Below are positions 10,427 through 20,168 of a DNA stretch of 64,000 nucleotides, piece after piece; position 1 is the stretch's first letter; every line of letters starts with the position of its first letter. The DNA lies in assembly GCA_965223665.1 (NCBI GenBank), contig OZ245011.1, forward strand, positions 1,440,001-1,504,000, given 5' to 3'. The DNA is from Nitrospinaceae bacterium. GTDB lineage: Bacteria; Nitrospinota; Nitrospinia; Nitrospinales; Nitrospinaceae. The position numbers and the translations under genes are program-made. A model generated the notes under the pieces. The model saw only the letters and a list, made by a program, of their open reading frames with translations. It did not search any database and had not been told where the DNA came from.

Positions 10427-11149
10427 ATGAGTTTCGACCCCAATTTGTTTGAAACACCCATCAACCGAAGGGATTTTATTTCTACCACCTCCACCCTGGC
10501 GGGAGCGCTTACTTTCGGCTCCGTTCTTTCATGGCCGACCCGTCTGCCGGCCGAACCCAAAGTGGTCTCCCCCGACACGGTGCTTGAAATCCTGCATGCA
10601 GGGAACAAACGTTACCTGAACGGCAATACCCACAAGCACGATTTTCACGAAGATCGGGCCGAACTGACCCAGAGTCAGCACCCCATTGCCGCAGTGCTCA
10701 GTTGCTCGGACTCCCGCGTGGTTCCGCAGTTTGCGTTCGACCAGGGTTCCGGCAAACTGTTCGTCGTCCGCGTGGCAGGTAACATCGCCAATGCTCACGG
10801 AATTGCTTCGCTCGAGTATGCGGTCAAATACCTTAAAACTCCACTGATTTACGTTTTGGGACACACCTCCTGCGGTGCCGTGGATGCCGCGATTAAAGTG
10901 GTGAAGGATGGGGCAGCGTTTCCCGGGGAACTTCCGGGGCTGGTGTCAACCATCGCCCGGGCCGTGCATGCCACCAAATCGAAACCGGGAGACATCTTGA
11001 CGAACACGGTTCACGAAAACGTGCGTTTGACCGCGGCTCACCTTATAGTTTCGAGTCAAATTATACAATCCCGGGTGGAATCGGGTCAACTCCGAATCGT
11101 GGGTGGAGTTTACGACCTGGCCACCGGTAAGATCTCTCTGTTGTCTTGA
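10427..11149 (+). CDS. Beta-class carbonic anhydrase with Tat signal
   Basis: NRRDFI twin-arginine motif; Zn ligands in CSDSRV and GHTSCGAV; RVAGN. Confidence 0.93.
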   Translation: MSFDPNLFETPINRRDFISTTSTLAGALTFGSVLSWPTRLPAEPKVVSPDTVLEILHAGNKRYLNGNTHKHDFHEDRAELTQSQHPIAAVLSCSDSRVVPQFAFDQGSGKLFVVRVAGNIANAHGIASLEYAVKYLKTPLIYVLGHTSCGAVDAAIKVVKDGAAFPGELPGLVSTIARAVHATKSKPGDILTNTVHENVRLTAAHLIVSSQIIQSRVESGQLRIVGGVYDLATGKISLLS

Positions 11150-11179
11150 GCGGTGCCACACCCTCAGTTAAAGTTTGGC

Positions 11180-11220
11180 CCTGGTGTGACGGTCCCCTAA
11201 CACGGGAACGTTACACCAGG
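11180..11220 (+). terminator. Long hairpin downstream of the carbonic anhydrase gene
   Basis: CCTGGTGTGACGGTCCC-loop-GGGAACGTTACACCAGG imperfect stem; no clear U-tract. Confidence 0.4.
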
Positions 11221-11224
11221 ACAC

Positions 11225-11615
11225 AGGGTGATTGACCACTCGCCGTGGCGGCAGAATTTATTCCCGATGATCAGTAGTTAAAACTGAATCTCCAGATTCT
11301 TTCCTAAAATAATTTCTCCCTTCAAAAAAAAATAACAGAAAAAAGAAAGATGTACTCCCTCTTTCCTAAAGAGGGCTGGGGTGATTCACATTCAGGGGTT
11401 CTAAAAATGATAAAAAAAATAATGCGAAGTTTTTGACTATCCCGTTTGCAAGCAAACACATCGAAGAATTATTCTGAGTCCAGCGTCGCGCTGGCCCCCT
11501 CTTTCCCAACCTGGCGATTGGATGCAATAAGGATTTTCAAAAGTTAGTTAATAAACAGACCGCAAATAACCTTACGAAAATTTATTTTCCCGGCGGCCGG
11601 GGGCCGCGGTTGGGA
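11225..11615. repeat. Modular hairpin repeat cluster (simple copy plus reversed expanded copy)
   Basis: CTCCCTCTTTCCTAAAGAGGGCTGGGGTGATTCAC at about 11355-11389; reversed expanded element at about 11495-11614. Confidence 0.9.
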
Positions 11616-11667
11616 ACAGAAGGAACATTCTCAAACTTTCCTTTCAAAGTTGACCTCAAGTCAAAGC

Positions 11668-12156
11668 TCAGGAAAGCTTTTCGTTGGCCTTTTCGCCTTT
11701 GCTGTAAGAATCGTAGACCACCACGGGAATATTCAGGTCGGCCAGGTTTTTCTGGATTAACGGTTCGACCTCACTCCACTCCAGCCCTCCGACTCCTGTA
11801 GCCAGCCGCGGCAACGCAATGGATGTAATTCCCTGCTCCTGAATGATGCCGCATAAATCTTTAAGAGCATGATTGATATTTTTCACACTGGCTTTTCCCG
11901 GATGAGCCTTGTTGTTCGGCGCCGGTTCCTGAGTCATCAGATTGATCACTACCTTCTCGGCTCCGGCCCATAACCAGGCATGGCCCGGTTTCGGATTTTG
12001 CTGATGACAGTAATGACGAAAATCTTTGACCATCGCAGGAAAACGTTCCCGCAGGGACAACGCCAGTCCCTGGTCAAAGTGATCATGAGGAGCAACGCCG
12101 TGGGCAATTGCCTTTGCTTCCGTTAAAAGAATATCGCCGTGAACTTTGGTAATCAT
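11668..12156 (-). CDS. Macro domain (Appr-1-p processing / ADP-ribose-binding) protein
   Basis: GDILL, AIAHGV, GLALSLRERFP, SIALPRLATGVGGLEW. Confidence 0.85.
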   Translation of the reverse strand: MITKVHGDILLTEAKAIAHGVAPHDHFDQGLALSLRERFPAMVKDFRHYCHQQNPKPGHAWLWAGAEKVVINLMTQEPAPNNKAHPGKASVKNINHALKDLCGIIQEQGITSIALPRLATGVGGLEWSEVEPLIQKNLADLNIPVVVYDSYSKGEKANEKLS

Positions 12157-12503
12157 ACTCTGGCCTCATTTCTGTTGTGGAATATTCATTAAATTAATGT
12201 GCATGTGCCTGCTTTCTCTTTTCAGCCGCCCTGGAATTATACCTCCCCTATTAATAAAGATCGACAGGTGTCGGGTTTTATTCCAATCCCTGAAAGAAAA
12301 GAAACTGAAAATCGGACCCTTGTGCTAAAACTCCGACAAAAGGGGTAATACCGGGGGAAGACGCCCGCCAGGGATGAGATTCACTCAATGAAATCCTGCC
12401 TTCAAAAAAACTTTATTCCTGAAAATCAACCGTTAAACTATTTATAAACACTGGTGTCTTTGGATTCTAATTTCTTAGGGAGGGATTGGGAAAGGGGCTT
12501 TTC

Positions 12504-13235
12504 ATGGGAAACAAGTTTGTTGGATTCTTGATTGCCGGAATTGCTTTTATCCTTGCCTCTGTGCTGATGCTGCAATTCTTTGTCAAACCCAACCCGTATC
12601 CCGAGGGCGTTGTCACCCGGCTTCCCGCAACCGGAGACTGGATTTATCCTCAAAATACTGCCGAAGTTTTAGCCAAAGAACTGACGACCGAGCAATTGAT
12701 CGACCGCTGGAACCGGTGGCCGCAAAAACCCGATAAGGAAGGCTTCCATCTGGTTTACGCGGATGCTCTGGCACTGCACGGGGAAGACGCGGTTTCCGCA
12801 GTGGAGCCCCTGGCCAAAGCCGTCAAACATTTCGATCCGAATCTTCGAAAAAGCGTCATGAAAGCACTGGCCGCCATTGGCGAGGAAGGCATCCCGCCTT
12901 TGATAGAAGCGTTGAAATACTGGCCCGACGAAGATCCCAACAACTTCGGACAGGAAATCCGTGGGGACGCGGCCAATTACCTGAAAGAGGCGGCACGCGA
13001 GGAAGTCTACATTGGACTTGCCCTGCCCACTCTCAGTGCGTATCTGGTCAATGAAAAGTGTTCCGTTCACACTCGCCAGGAAGCGGCCCTCGCCCTGTCA
13101 TGGATGGGCACACCCGAAGCCGGCGAAGCTCTGAAGAAAGGACGCGACTGGTATTTCTCCCTGGACGGTTTGACCCTGGAGGAAAACCAGGTCCTGGAAA
13201 AAATCAACCTGGGCCTGCGCCGATTAAACACCTGA
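12504..13235 (+). CDS. Membrane-anchored HEAT-repeat protein
   Basis: N-terminal TM; AVEPLAKA..LRKSVMKALAAIG and TRQEAALALSWMG repeats. Confidence 0.7.
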   Translation: MGNKFVGFLIAGIAFILASVLMLQFFVKPNPYPEGVVTRLPATGDWIYPQNTAEVLAKELTTEQLIDRWNRWPQKPDKEGFHLVYADALALHGEDAVSAVEPLAKAVKHFDPNLRKSVMKALAAIGEEGIPPLIEALKYWPDEDPNNFGQEIRGDAANYLKEAAREEVYIGLALPTLSAYLVNEKCSVHTRQEAALALSWMGTPEAGEALKKGRDWYFSLDGLTLEENQVLEKINLGLRRLNT

Positions 13236-13264
13236 ATGGACTCGCTCCGAAACTATAAACCCTC

Positions 13265-13684
13265 ATGAAAGAATTTAATCCCGTCGAAGACGTAGAGGAC
13301 AGCGCACTGATTCTGGATAACGGCCAGTGGCCCAACTTCCACGATGCCGAGATTCATAATTTAAATTTGTGGCGCGGCGATGTACGACCGGAAGATAATG
13401 TATGGATCGGCCCCGTCCTGGAAATCACACTAGAGTTATGCGCCTTGAGAAATCCATACATGGTGGTTTTAAAGTTTCATGATTGTGAATCGATCAAGTT
13501 TACCGACTTCAATCACCAAAACGGAGTCTACGATTTGACCTTCCAATATGAAGATCGAGGCACCCTGACCACCGGTGAAAAATTAACGCCCTACATCGTT
13601 GTGAACTTCGAGCAAGGCTTCGGCGCCTCCCTCTCCTTCAAGTGTTTCAAAGTCCAGGCCATGAACGGCAATAAAGTCAATTAA
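13265..13684 (+). CDS. Imm50-like immunity protein
   Basis: GQWPNFHDAEI...FNHQN...FGASLSFKC signature. Confidence 0.7.
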   Translation: MKEFNPVEDVEDSALILDNGQWPNFHDAEIHNLNLWRGDVRPEDNVWIGPVLEITLELCALRNPYMVVLKFHDCESIKFTDFNHQNGVYDLTFQYEDRGTLTTGEKLTPYIVVNFEQGFGASLSFKCFKVQAMNGNKVN

Positions 13685-13689
13685 CCGGG

Positions 13690-14190
13690 CACTCGCCGCG
13701 GCAGCGTGACGTTGCACTCAAAATTTATCTGCGATGAGTTTCTGTGCAAACCAAATCCGCAGAATCTTTCCCAAAGCAAACCTTCCCTTCAGAAAAAAAT
13801 ATTAAAAGAAAAGCAATGTACTCCCTCTTTCCTAAAGAGGGCTGGGGTGATTCACATTCAGTGAAAATTGTCAAAAGAAGAAATGATGCGTCCCCCCTTC
13901 CAGTCCACGACTGGAGGGAATATTTTATTCTCGATGAGTTAGCTGCAAACTAAATCCCCAGATTCTTTCCTAAAATAATTTCTCCCTTCAGAAAAAAATA
14001 ACAGAAAAGAGAACGATATGCTCCCTCTTTTTAAAGAGGGCTGGGGTGATTCACCTTAGTGCGGAATTTAATAATAAATTTTGCCTCCCTCGCTAGAGGG
14101 TGAAGAGGGCTAGGGGGATTTTTCCTCCAGGGGTTTTAGGAGAAAGATGTATCCCCTCTTTCCTAAAGAGGGCTGGGGTGATTAACCTTA
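13690..14190 (+). repeat. Tandem cluster of 3-4 hairpin repeat units
   Basis: CCCTCTTT-N-AAAGAGGGCTGGGGTGATT at about 13823, 14023 and 14154. The upstream linker CAGATTCTTTCCTAAAATAATTTCTCCCTTCA is shared with 11293-11324. Confidence 0.9.
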
Positions 14191-14194
14191 AATG

Positions 14195-15235
14195 TTATTG
14201 GATTATTCTTGAAACATTTTTAATAAATTCTTTTGTATCTAAGAAATAATTTGGATATGCTTTTTTTAAAGAATTAACCGAACCAACTGAAACCAATACT
14301 ACTTCGCTGGCTTCCCCTTCACTTACTTTCGTTTCCAATTCTGCATATGCTTTTGATGCTTTATGTAATTGATCTCTTCCATATGCTTGGAGGGTTATTG
14401 TCTTTTCTTCGTAGTTCAAATTAATTAAATGATAGGTATATGCTTTTTGACCTTTTTTATCCAAAATAAAATCTGCAGCAAGTGAAAACCCTTTCAACAT
14501 ATCCAAAACCTTCAAATCTCTTTCAATTTTTTTTACCTTTTTAAATATTTCACTTTTTGAGAAGTTTTCATAACCTGGGACCGGGGTTGTTCTTTCAATA
14601 TGAGCAAATGCAGAACCAACTAGTTTAAAATAATCCAACCATTTTTCTTCTCCCTGACTTGATTTTAATGATTGCTTTAAAAAAGTACCCATAGTTTCTA
14701 CCGCCGTTGCCCAAGCATGTTGAAGCTTCGTTCTTACCTGTAATTCAACCATCAAACCATTATATTTTGGAACTAACTTATTTTGGTAACGATAAATAAG
14801 ATGGATGCACCTATAACCATCCTGTTTGGGGTTTTCTATATAGTTTTTGGTAGTAATTAATTCATGTTCAAATCCACCTGGACGTGTGTATTCTTTGACT
14901 ACTTGATTTACTTTTCTTAGAGACGAGACAATGGCTCGCAAACCTCCTATATCTTGCATCCTTGATAATTGCATTGATTTAAATCGTTTAAGTTTATTTA
15001 TTATTGAAGGTGCCCGCTTTAAACGTTGGGCAACAATCGCATGTCTGTCAATTTTATTTAATCTATTTCTTAGGGTAGAATTAAAGGTATTAATTGGATA
15101 ACCATGACAAGCTCGCCAATTTTCCAATACTTTATTAGCCCACATTAAATCTTCTTCCCTCGGGCTATCTTTAATTAAAATTGACCCGGCCTTGGAAACT
15201 TTATTTTTTGAATACTGTAAGGTTGGAAAAGCCAT
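14195..15235 (-). CDS. RelA/SpoT-domain protein, fused CapRel-like toxin-antitoxin
   Basis: AQRLKR, MQDIGGLR, GYRCIH and ELQVRT..QHAWA synthetase motifs; C-terminal VVLV..AYPNYF (YxxY); AT-rich. Confidence 0.8.
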   Translation of the reverse strand: MAFPTLQYSKNKVSKAGSILIKDSPREEDLMWANKVLENWRACHGYPINTFNSTLRNRLNKIDRHAIVAQRLKRAPSIINKLKRFKSMQLSRMQDIGGLRAIVSSLRKVNQVVKEYTRPGGFEHELITTKNYIENPKQDGYRCIHLIYRYQNKLVPKYNGLMVELQVRTKLQHAWATAVETMGTFLKQSLKSSQGEEKWLDYFKLVGSAFAHIERTTPVPGYENFSKSEIFKKVKKIERDLKVLDMLKGFSLAADFILDKKGQKAYTYHLINLNYEEKTITLQAYGRDQLHKASKAYAELETKVSEGEASEVVLVSVGSVNSLKKAYPNYFLDTKEFIKNVSRIIQ

Positions 15236-15432
15236 GTAATTTTTATGAATTTATTTTGCTTTAACAAAATACAATGATTTTCAGTTGCCTGATTATAAAA
15301 GAAATACATTATTTATCTAAATATTTTTTTGACAACAAATCTTCTTAGCCTCATTCGTAAAAAGTTTATTTCGAAGCGCCAGTTAAAAAACCAAAATTAA
15401 AATAAAACAGGGAAACTCGTTGGCAACTCTTT

Positions 15433-15470
15433 TGCTCCCTCTTTCCTAAAGAGGGTTAGGGTGATTCACC
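15433..15470 (+). repeat. Single core hairpin repeat
   Basis: TGCTCCCTCTTTCCTAAAGAGGGTTAGGGTGATTCACC. Confidence 0.85.
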
Positions 15471-15730
15471 GCTAATAGCCCTTCTTAGAATTAGAATCCT
15501 GTCAACCTTCCCGAACCCACCTTTTTAAGTTAATTTTACCCAAAAATAGTTACTTTTGAGACGAATCTACCGCTAATATTTAAATGTGCCCAAATTTACC
15601 TTGATTGCCCATACAGAATGAATTAGGGTTGAGAAAAATCATCAGAAAATGCCTATCAAATTTAATTTAGATATAAATAAGACTACTTCCGACCCTTTGA
15701 GGATGTTCAAAAAAATTCAAAAGGCTTATA

Positions 15731-16186
15731 TTGAAAAAAATAATAGTATTTCACATATTAATTTTAATAACTATTGTTGCACTATGGATACAAGAACCTA
15801 TAGGAAATATTCCAAATTGGTTAAATAGTTATTTATTAGCAATCCAATGTGTACTGATTGCGGCGGCAGGAGGGTCACTTTATTGCCTACGAGCTATATA
15901 TGTTAATAAATGTGTAAAAAAAAAATGGGATGTCGAATGGGAGACTTGGTATTACCTAAGACCAATTGCTAGCTCATTAAGCGGATTTGCAGCATATATC
16001 TTTTTAAAAGCCGGCTTGCTTATCTTAGAAGCTTTTCAAGAAGCTAATTCTGGAAATTATGGCTTTTTAGCTGTTGCATTTATAGCTGGTCTAAATGTAG
16101 ATAAATTTGTACAGAAAATTGAGGATATTGCAAAATCTACATTTGGGATTGATAAATCCAGATCATCAACCGAAGAGGAATCGTAA
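15731..16186 (+). CDS. Small multi-TM membrane protein (WYxxRP type)
   Basis: About four hydrophobic helices; WETWYYLRP; AFIAG. Confidence 0.75.
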   Translation: MKKIIVFHILILITIVALWIQEPIGNIPNWLNSYLLAIQCVLIAAAGGSLYCLRAIYVNKCVKKKWDVEWETWYYLRPIASSLSGFAAYIFLKAGLLILEAFQEANSGNYGFLAVAFIAGLNVDKFVQKIEDIAKSTFGIDKSRSSTEEES

Positions 16187-16187
16187 A

Positions 16188-17012
16188 TTGGAGTTTAAGT
16201 TATTTGATGTCAAGCACGGATTTTGCGCAGCACTAATGAGCCAAAATTATTTGACACTAATCGATTGTGGTCATAATTTCTCTGATGGTTTTAGGCCCCT
16301 ACAATGGCTGTATGATAAAGGATATCGACATATAGACTCTTTGGTGATAAGTAACCTTGATCAGGATCATATAAGTGACATTAAGGCCATTAGAGATTAT
16401 TTCACTGTTGGCAATTTAGCGGTAAACCCCACAGTTTCTTCTACGACTTTGCGCCAAATAAAAATAAAAGGCGGTCCAATAAGTGAGCAGATGGAAATAC
16501 TTTTGAAAAGTATGGACAATCCAGAGTTGAATTCCGTATATTTTGTTCCATATCAAACAAAAGAAGTAAATTTAGAGTTTTATTGGGTATGTTATCCATA
16601 TGAGGAGGACACAAATAATCTTAGTGTTGTATCATTTATTAGTTTTGGAACTTGCGATATTATTTATCCAGGTGATCTGGAAAAAAAGGGTTGGTATCGG
16701 TTTCTACAAGATCAAAATTTCCGGTCTAGAATTACTAAAGTAAATGCATTTATTGCTTCCCACCATGGAAGAATTGATGGATATTGCAAAGAAGTTTTCG
16801 ATTATTGCAAACCTCAGATTGTTATTATCTCGGATCAAGAACGCAAGTTCACAACACAAGAACACGATCTTTACTTAAAACACGCGACCGGAATGAAGTT
16901 TCAATCCATTTTGCATAACACTACTACTCGCAAGGTTATGACTACAAGGAATGATGGGCATCTGACCATTTTTGAAAGATCAGGCATTTCTTACATAAAA
17001 AAGGGTCTTTAA
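16188..17012 (+). CDS. ComEC/Rec2-like metallo-beta-lactamase-fold hydrolase
   Basis: DVKHG, IDCG, SNLDQDH, NNLSVV, PGDLE and SHHG. TTG start 1 nt after the upstream stop, with GAGGA RBS. Confidence 0.8.
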   Translation: MEFKLFDVKHGFCAALMSQNYLTLIDCGHNFSDGFRPLQWLYDKGYRHIDSLVISNLDQDHISDIKAIRDYFTVGNLAVNPTVSSTTLRQIKIKGGPISEQMEILLKSMDNPELNSVYFVPYQTKEVNLEFYWVCYPYEEDTNNLSVVSFISFGTCDIIYPGDLEKKGWYRFLQDQNFRSRITKVNAFIASHHGRIDGYCKEVFDYCKPQIVIISDQERKFTTQEHDLYLKHATGMKFQSILHNTTTRKVMTTRNDGHLTIFERSGISYIKKGL

Positions 17013-17132
17013 CAAATAATGTCCATTTTTGGTCGAAACCTGCCATTTTAATTTACCTAATTCTCTTCCAAAATTAGCCCTTAATATATAGAACCAACTC
17101 ATTAAGGGTTTCGTCACAATATTTGATACAGT

Positions 17133-18590
17133 TTACTGATGGCTTTTGGCCTGGTGGCTTTTTGCGGGGCAATGGTCCCGCGGGGACCGAATGAACAACA
17201 GCGGATGGTCCCGCCATTTCCGGCTCAAATATTGAGGATCTGCGGCAGGCGGTCGAGTCTGGTACCAGTAGCGATAGTAATTCACCCGGCGGAATTTTTC
17301 TGACTGGTACACGCACTCCAGCACCAGAGGTTGCGATTCGATCACCGCGTTGACGTCGTCCTCGTACATCTTGCGGGCGCGCGGGTTGTTCAAAAAATCA
17401 GCGAACGTCTGGTACAGGTGCCAGCGGCCGAACGGGGAGACCTCGATCTCCAGCAGTTGGCCCGGTGTGATTTTTTCCATCTTGATTCGTAATGCCCGAT
17501 TGGGCGGCAGGTTCGGAATCGGCGGCACATACCCCTCCGGCACATCGCCATAATCATACACCGTGAACTTTTTCTTTTTGCCAATGGTGGGGTCGCCGAC
17601 CTTCCCTTTCACCTTGGCATTCCGTTGGACACGCTTTTTTTCCCAGTAATTGATCTGCTTTTGGTTGTTGAAGTCGTAGACCACATACATACTTTTCAAG
17701 TTACTGGCACTTTGGTTGTCGGTTGGGTCCAGAGTGTGATGCGCCTCAAAAGCGGCCATGGCATAGAACATCGCCTTCGAATGCGACGGTTTGCCACGGC
17801 GCAGGTTCCACAAAAACTTGTGGCCGCAGTTATGGTCTTTCTTCTCTATTCTGACGCGCTCCGGATCTTTGCCTCGCAACTCCCATTCTCGACTGGCGAC
17901 GAACCGCGCAAAAGTAAAATCGGATTTTTTCGTCCTCTGGCGGCGGCGCTGTTTTCGCCAGCGACCTTCAAACACCTGATAGCGCGGCATACAGACATCA
18001 CTCATGTCCATATCCTTGAACTTGCGTGCCGCTATCAACAACACCAGATCCAGATTTTCTTCAGCCAGTTTCTTCGCTTCTGCTTCCAGTTGGTTTATCT
18101 CGCGACCGATTTGGTCGAGTTGGCGTTGTTGCTCCTCAGACCTTACAAACGGTTTGGGGATATCCTCTGCACTGGCAAAGCGAACCGCATTGGGGAGGTC
18201 CACGGTTATAGACAAAGCGGGTGTGAGCCGGATGGGGTTTTTGGGGTGCTTGGGTTGAATGACACCTTCCACTCGAATTACCTGGCCGACCAGTTGCTGC
18301 GCATGCTCATCCCGTTTGACCGGAGAACGGACATAGGCGTTATCATAAAAAATCAGGCCGAAGCGGTTGGAGCCTTCAAAGTACACATAAAAATAATGGC
18401 CGCCCATTGGCGTTTTCCTGGGTCCCCCGCTGGCCCAGACCACCTTACTCACTTTGCCGTAGACGACCTGACTTTTTCCCACCGAGCGCTCCACTGCATC
18501 GGCGTCGGTGACAGCGATGCCGCGATTGGCCGCATGGGCGGTGGTGATCCCGATGACCACAGTCAACAGGTAGGTGAATAACGTTTTCAT
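17133..18590 (-). CDS. Hypothetical secreted protein, possible N-terminal OB-fold; GC-rich
   Basis: Signal peptide ending AHA; VGKSQVVYGKV...GQVIRVEGVI; coiled coil; ends AKSHQAKSHQ. Confidence 0.65.
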   Translation of the reverse strand: MKTLFTYLLTVVIGITTAHAANRGIAVTDADAVERSVGKSQVVYGKVSKVVWASGGPRKTPMGGHYFYVYFEGSNRFGLIFYDNAYVRSPVKRDEHAQQLVGQVIRVEGVIQPKHPKNPIRLTPALSITVDLPNAVRFASAEDIPKPFVRSEEQQRQLDQIGREINQLEAEAKKLAEENLDLVLLIAARKFKDMDMSDVCMPRYQVFEGRWRKQRRRQRTKKSDFTFARFVASREWELRGKDPERVRIEKKDHNCGHKFLWNLRRGKPSHSKAMFYAMAAFEAHHTLDPTDNQSASNLKSMYVVYDFNNQKQINYWEKKRVQRNAKVKGKVGDPTIGKKKKFTVYDYGDVPEGYVPPIPNLPPNRALRIKMEKITPGQLLEIEVSPFGRWHLYQTFADFLNNPRARKMYEDDVNAVIESQPLVLECVYQSEKFRRVNYYRYWYQTRPPAADPQYLSRKWRDHPLLFIRSPRDHCPAKSHQAKSHQ

Positions 18591-18752
18591 GCTGTCATGA
18601 CCCCTTGAAGATCAACTCGGAATTTTTATTGAGAAAATTTTTTCTACCCTATCAACGGAAGGCTATTTTTTCAACCCCAATCCCATCGGCTTGTGAGAGT
18701 TGAGCCCTGCCGAAATAATGGCTTCTATATATAGAACCCACTTGCTATTTTT

Positions 18753-18884
18753 TTAGAGTACATTCAGGTAATGCGAAACTTTGGGGCGGGAGGATTCCAC
18801 CTGAAAGGACCAGGCTTTTTCCTGAAGGGTTTTGTCCGCATGGGTCACGCGGTTGTGCTGGCGCAAATACTCGGCCCAGGACTC
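18753..18884 (-). pseudogene. 3'-terminal remnant of an MFS (MFS_3-type) transporter gene, copy 1
   Basis: Translates ESWAEYLRQHNRVTHADKTLQEKAWSFQVESSRPKVSHYLNVL*, resembling the ESWxEHLRQHxRVT C-terminal motif. Confidence 0.75.
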
Positions 18885-18922
18885 TAAAGCTCAATTATTA
18901 AGGAAATTTAAGTCTTTAAAGT

Positions 18923-18957
18923 AAAAAAAAAGGACCGGTCATTAAACCGGCCCTTTT
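18923..18957 (-). terminator. Rho-independent terminator of the csp gene
   Basis: Minus strand AAAAGGGCCGGT-TTAATG-ACCGGTCCTTTTTTTT. Confidence 0.8.
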
Positions 18958-19019
18958 CTAAAAATCAGGGTAAAAACTCAAATTAAATAACAAGATTACA
19001 AGAGTAAACCTTGTAATAA

Positions 19020-19220
19020 TTATATGGCAGTAACCTTAGTGGCACATGGTCCTTTCTGACCCATACCTTCTACAAATTCAACCAATTGACCCTCAACAAG
19101 AGTTTTATAGCCGTCGCCTAGAATTTCTGAAAAATGCACAAAAATATCCTTGCCGCTTTCACACTGAATAAATCCAAACCCTTTGCTTTCGTTAAACCAT
19201 TTTACTGAACCTTTAGACAT
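19020..19220 (-). CDS. Cold-shock protein (CspA family), 66 aa
   Basis: [18 protein letters not shown]...DIFVHFS RNP motifs; ATG at 19220 with GGAG RBS. Confidence 0.95.
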   Translation of the reverse strand: MSKGSVKWFNESKGFGFIQCESGKDIFVHFSEILGDGYKTLVEGQLVEFVEGMGQKGPCATKVTAI

Positions 19221-19689
19221 AATAATCTCCAAATATTTACGAGCATAAATTGGCGAATGCTCGCACAAAGCATGCTCTTTATTTTTAATGGGGCTGAATT
19301 TAATCAAGAAATTCTAGGAGGAGTACTTCGAGAAAAAACTAACAATTCTTAAACTACAAAACCAAGCGGCTTTTACAACGTACCAAAAGAAGAGAAACTT
19401 GAAGGAATCAACTAAATTTTAATCTATACAACCCAAATGACATAAGAAGATTAGCATCAAAAGAGAGGAAACACAAATTTATTTTTCATAAGGATAGCAT
19501 TACTGAGATTATGATTATCCAACCGGCCTCCAATTTTAAAACAAAATAGGTTATTCTGAATAAAAACTATTGGGCGCCAGATTATTTACTGTCGAATTTT
19601 CCACCAATTCAGGGGAGTTAATCGATTTTCTTCCTCCAACATTTTCTTCTAAAGATTGCCTCTATATATAGAACCCACTCGCTATTTTT

Positions 19690-19812
19690 TTAGAGTACAT
19701 TCAGGTAATGCGAAACTTTGGGGCGGGATTGGTTGATGTGAAAGGACCAGGCTTTTTCCTGAAGGGTTTTGTCCGCATGGGTCACGCGGTTGTGCTGGCG
19801 CAGGGGCTCGGC
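19690..19812 (-). pseudogene. 3'-terminal remnant of the MFS transporter gene, copy 2
   Basis: AEPLRQHNRVTHADKTLQEKAWSFHINQSRPKVSHYLNVL*; direct repeat of copy 1 at an offset of 937 bp. Confidence 0.75.
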
Positions 19813-19814
19813 CC

Positions 19815-20168
19815 GGAAATCCCTGAAGGTGAATCCCCCGCAGCGTGACGCTGCACCCAGACTTTATTTGCGATGTGTTTACTTGCTAACGGTAACATTA
19901 AAATTTTTTCTTTCATTTCTTTCAATTAAACAAAGCCCCTGGAGGAAAAATCCCCTTAGCCCCCTTCATAAAGGGGGAACGCATCGCTCTCTCACTCAGT
20001 AGTTTTTTTCTGAAGGCAAACTTTACTTTTGAAAAGGTTCTGGCGATTTTGCGTTCACTATCAATCATCGGAAATATAATATTCCCTCCGGGCGTGGCCC
20101 GTGCAGCGTCACGCTGCTTCACGGCGAGTGAGTCATCGAGAATTTATGTTCCCACCGGCCGGGGGCCG
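19815..20168. repeat. Modular hairpin repeat cluster
   Basis: GCAGCGTGACGCTGC, CCCCCTTCATAAAGGGGG, CCGGGCGTGGCCCG and CACGGCGAGTGAGTCATCGAGAATT modules. Confidence 0.85.

Noticed and set aside
19265-19276. ACAAAGCATGCT matching part of the promoter module
   Set aside because: No TATAAT or flanking similarity; could be chance.
19221-19307. N-terminal extension of the csp ORF
   Set aside because: The true start is ATG 19220 with an RBS; the extension is leader sequence.
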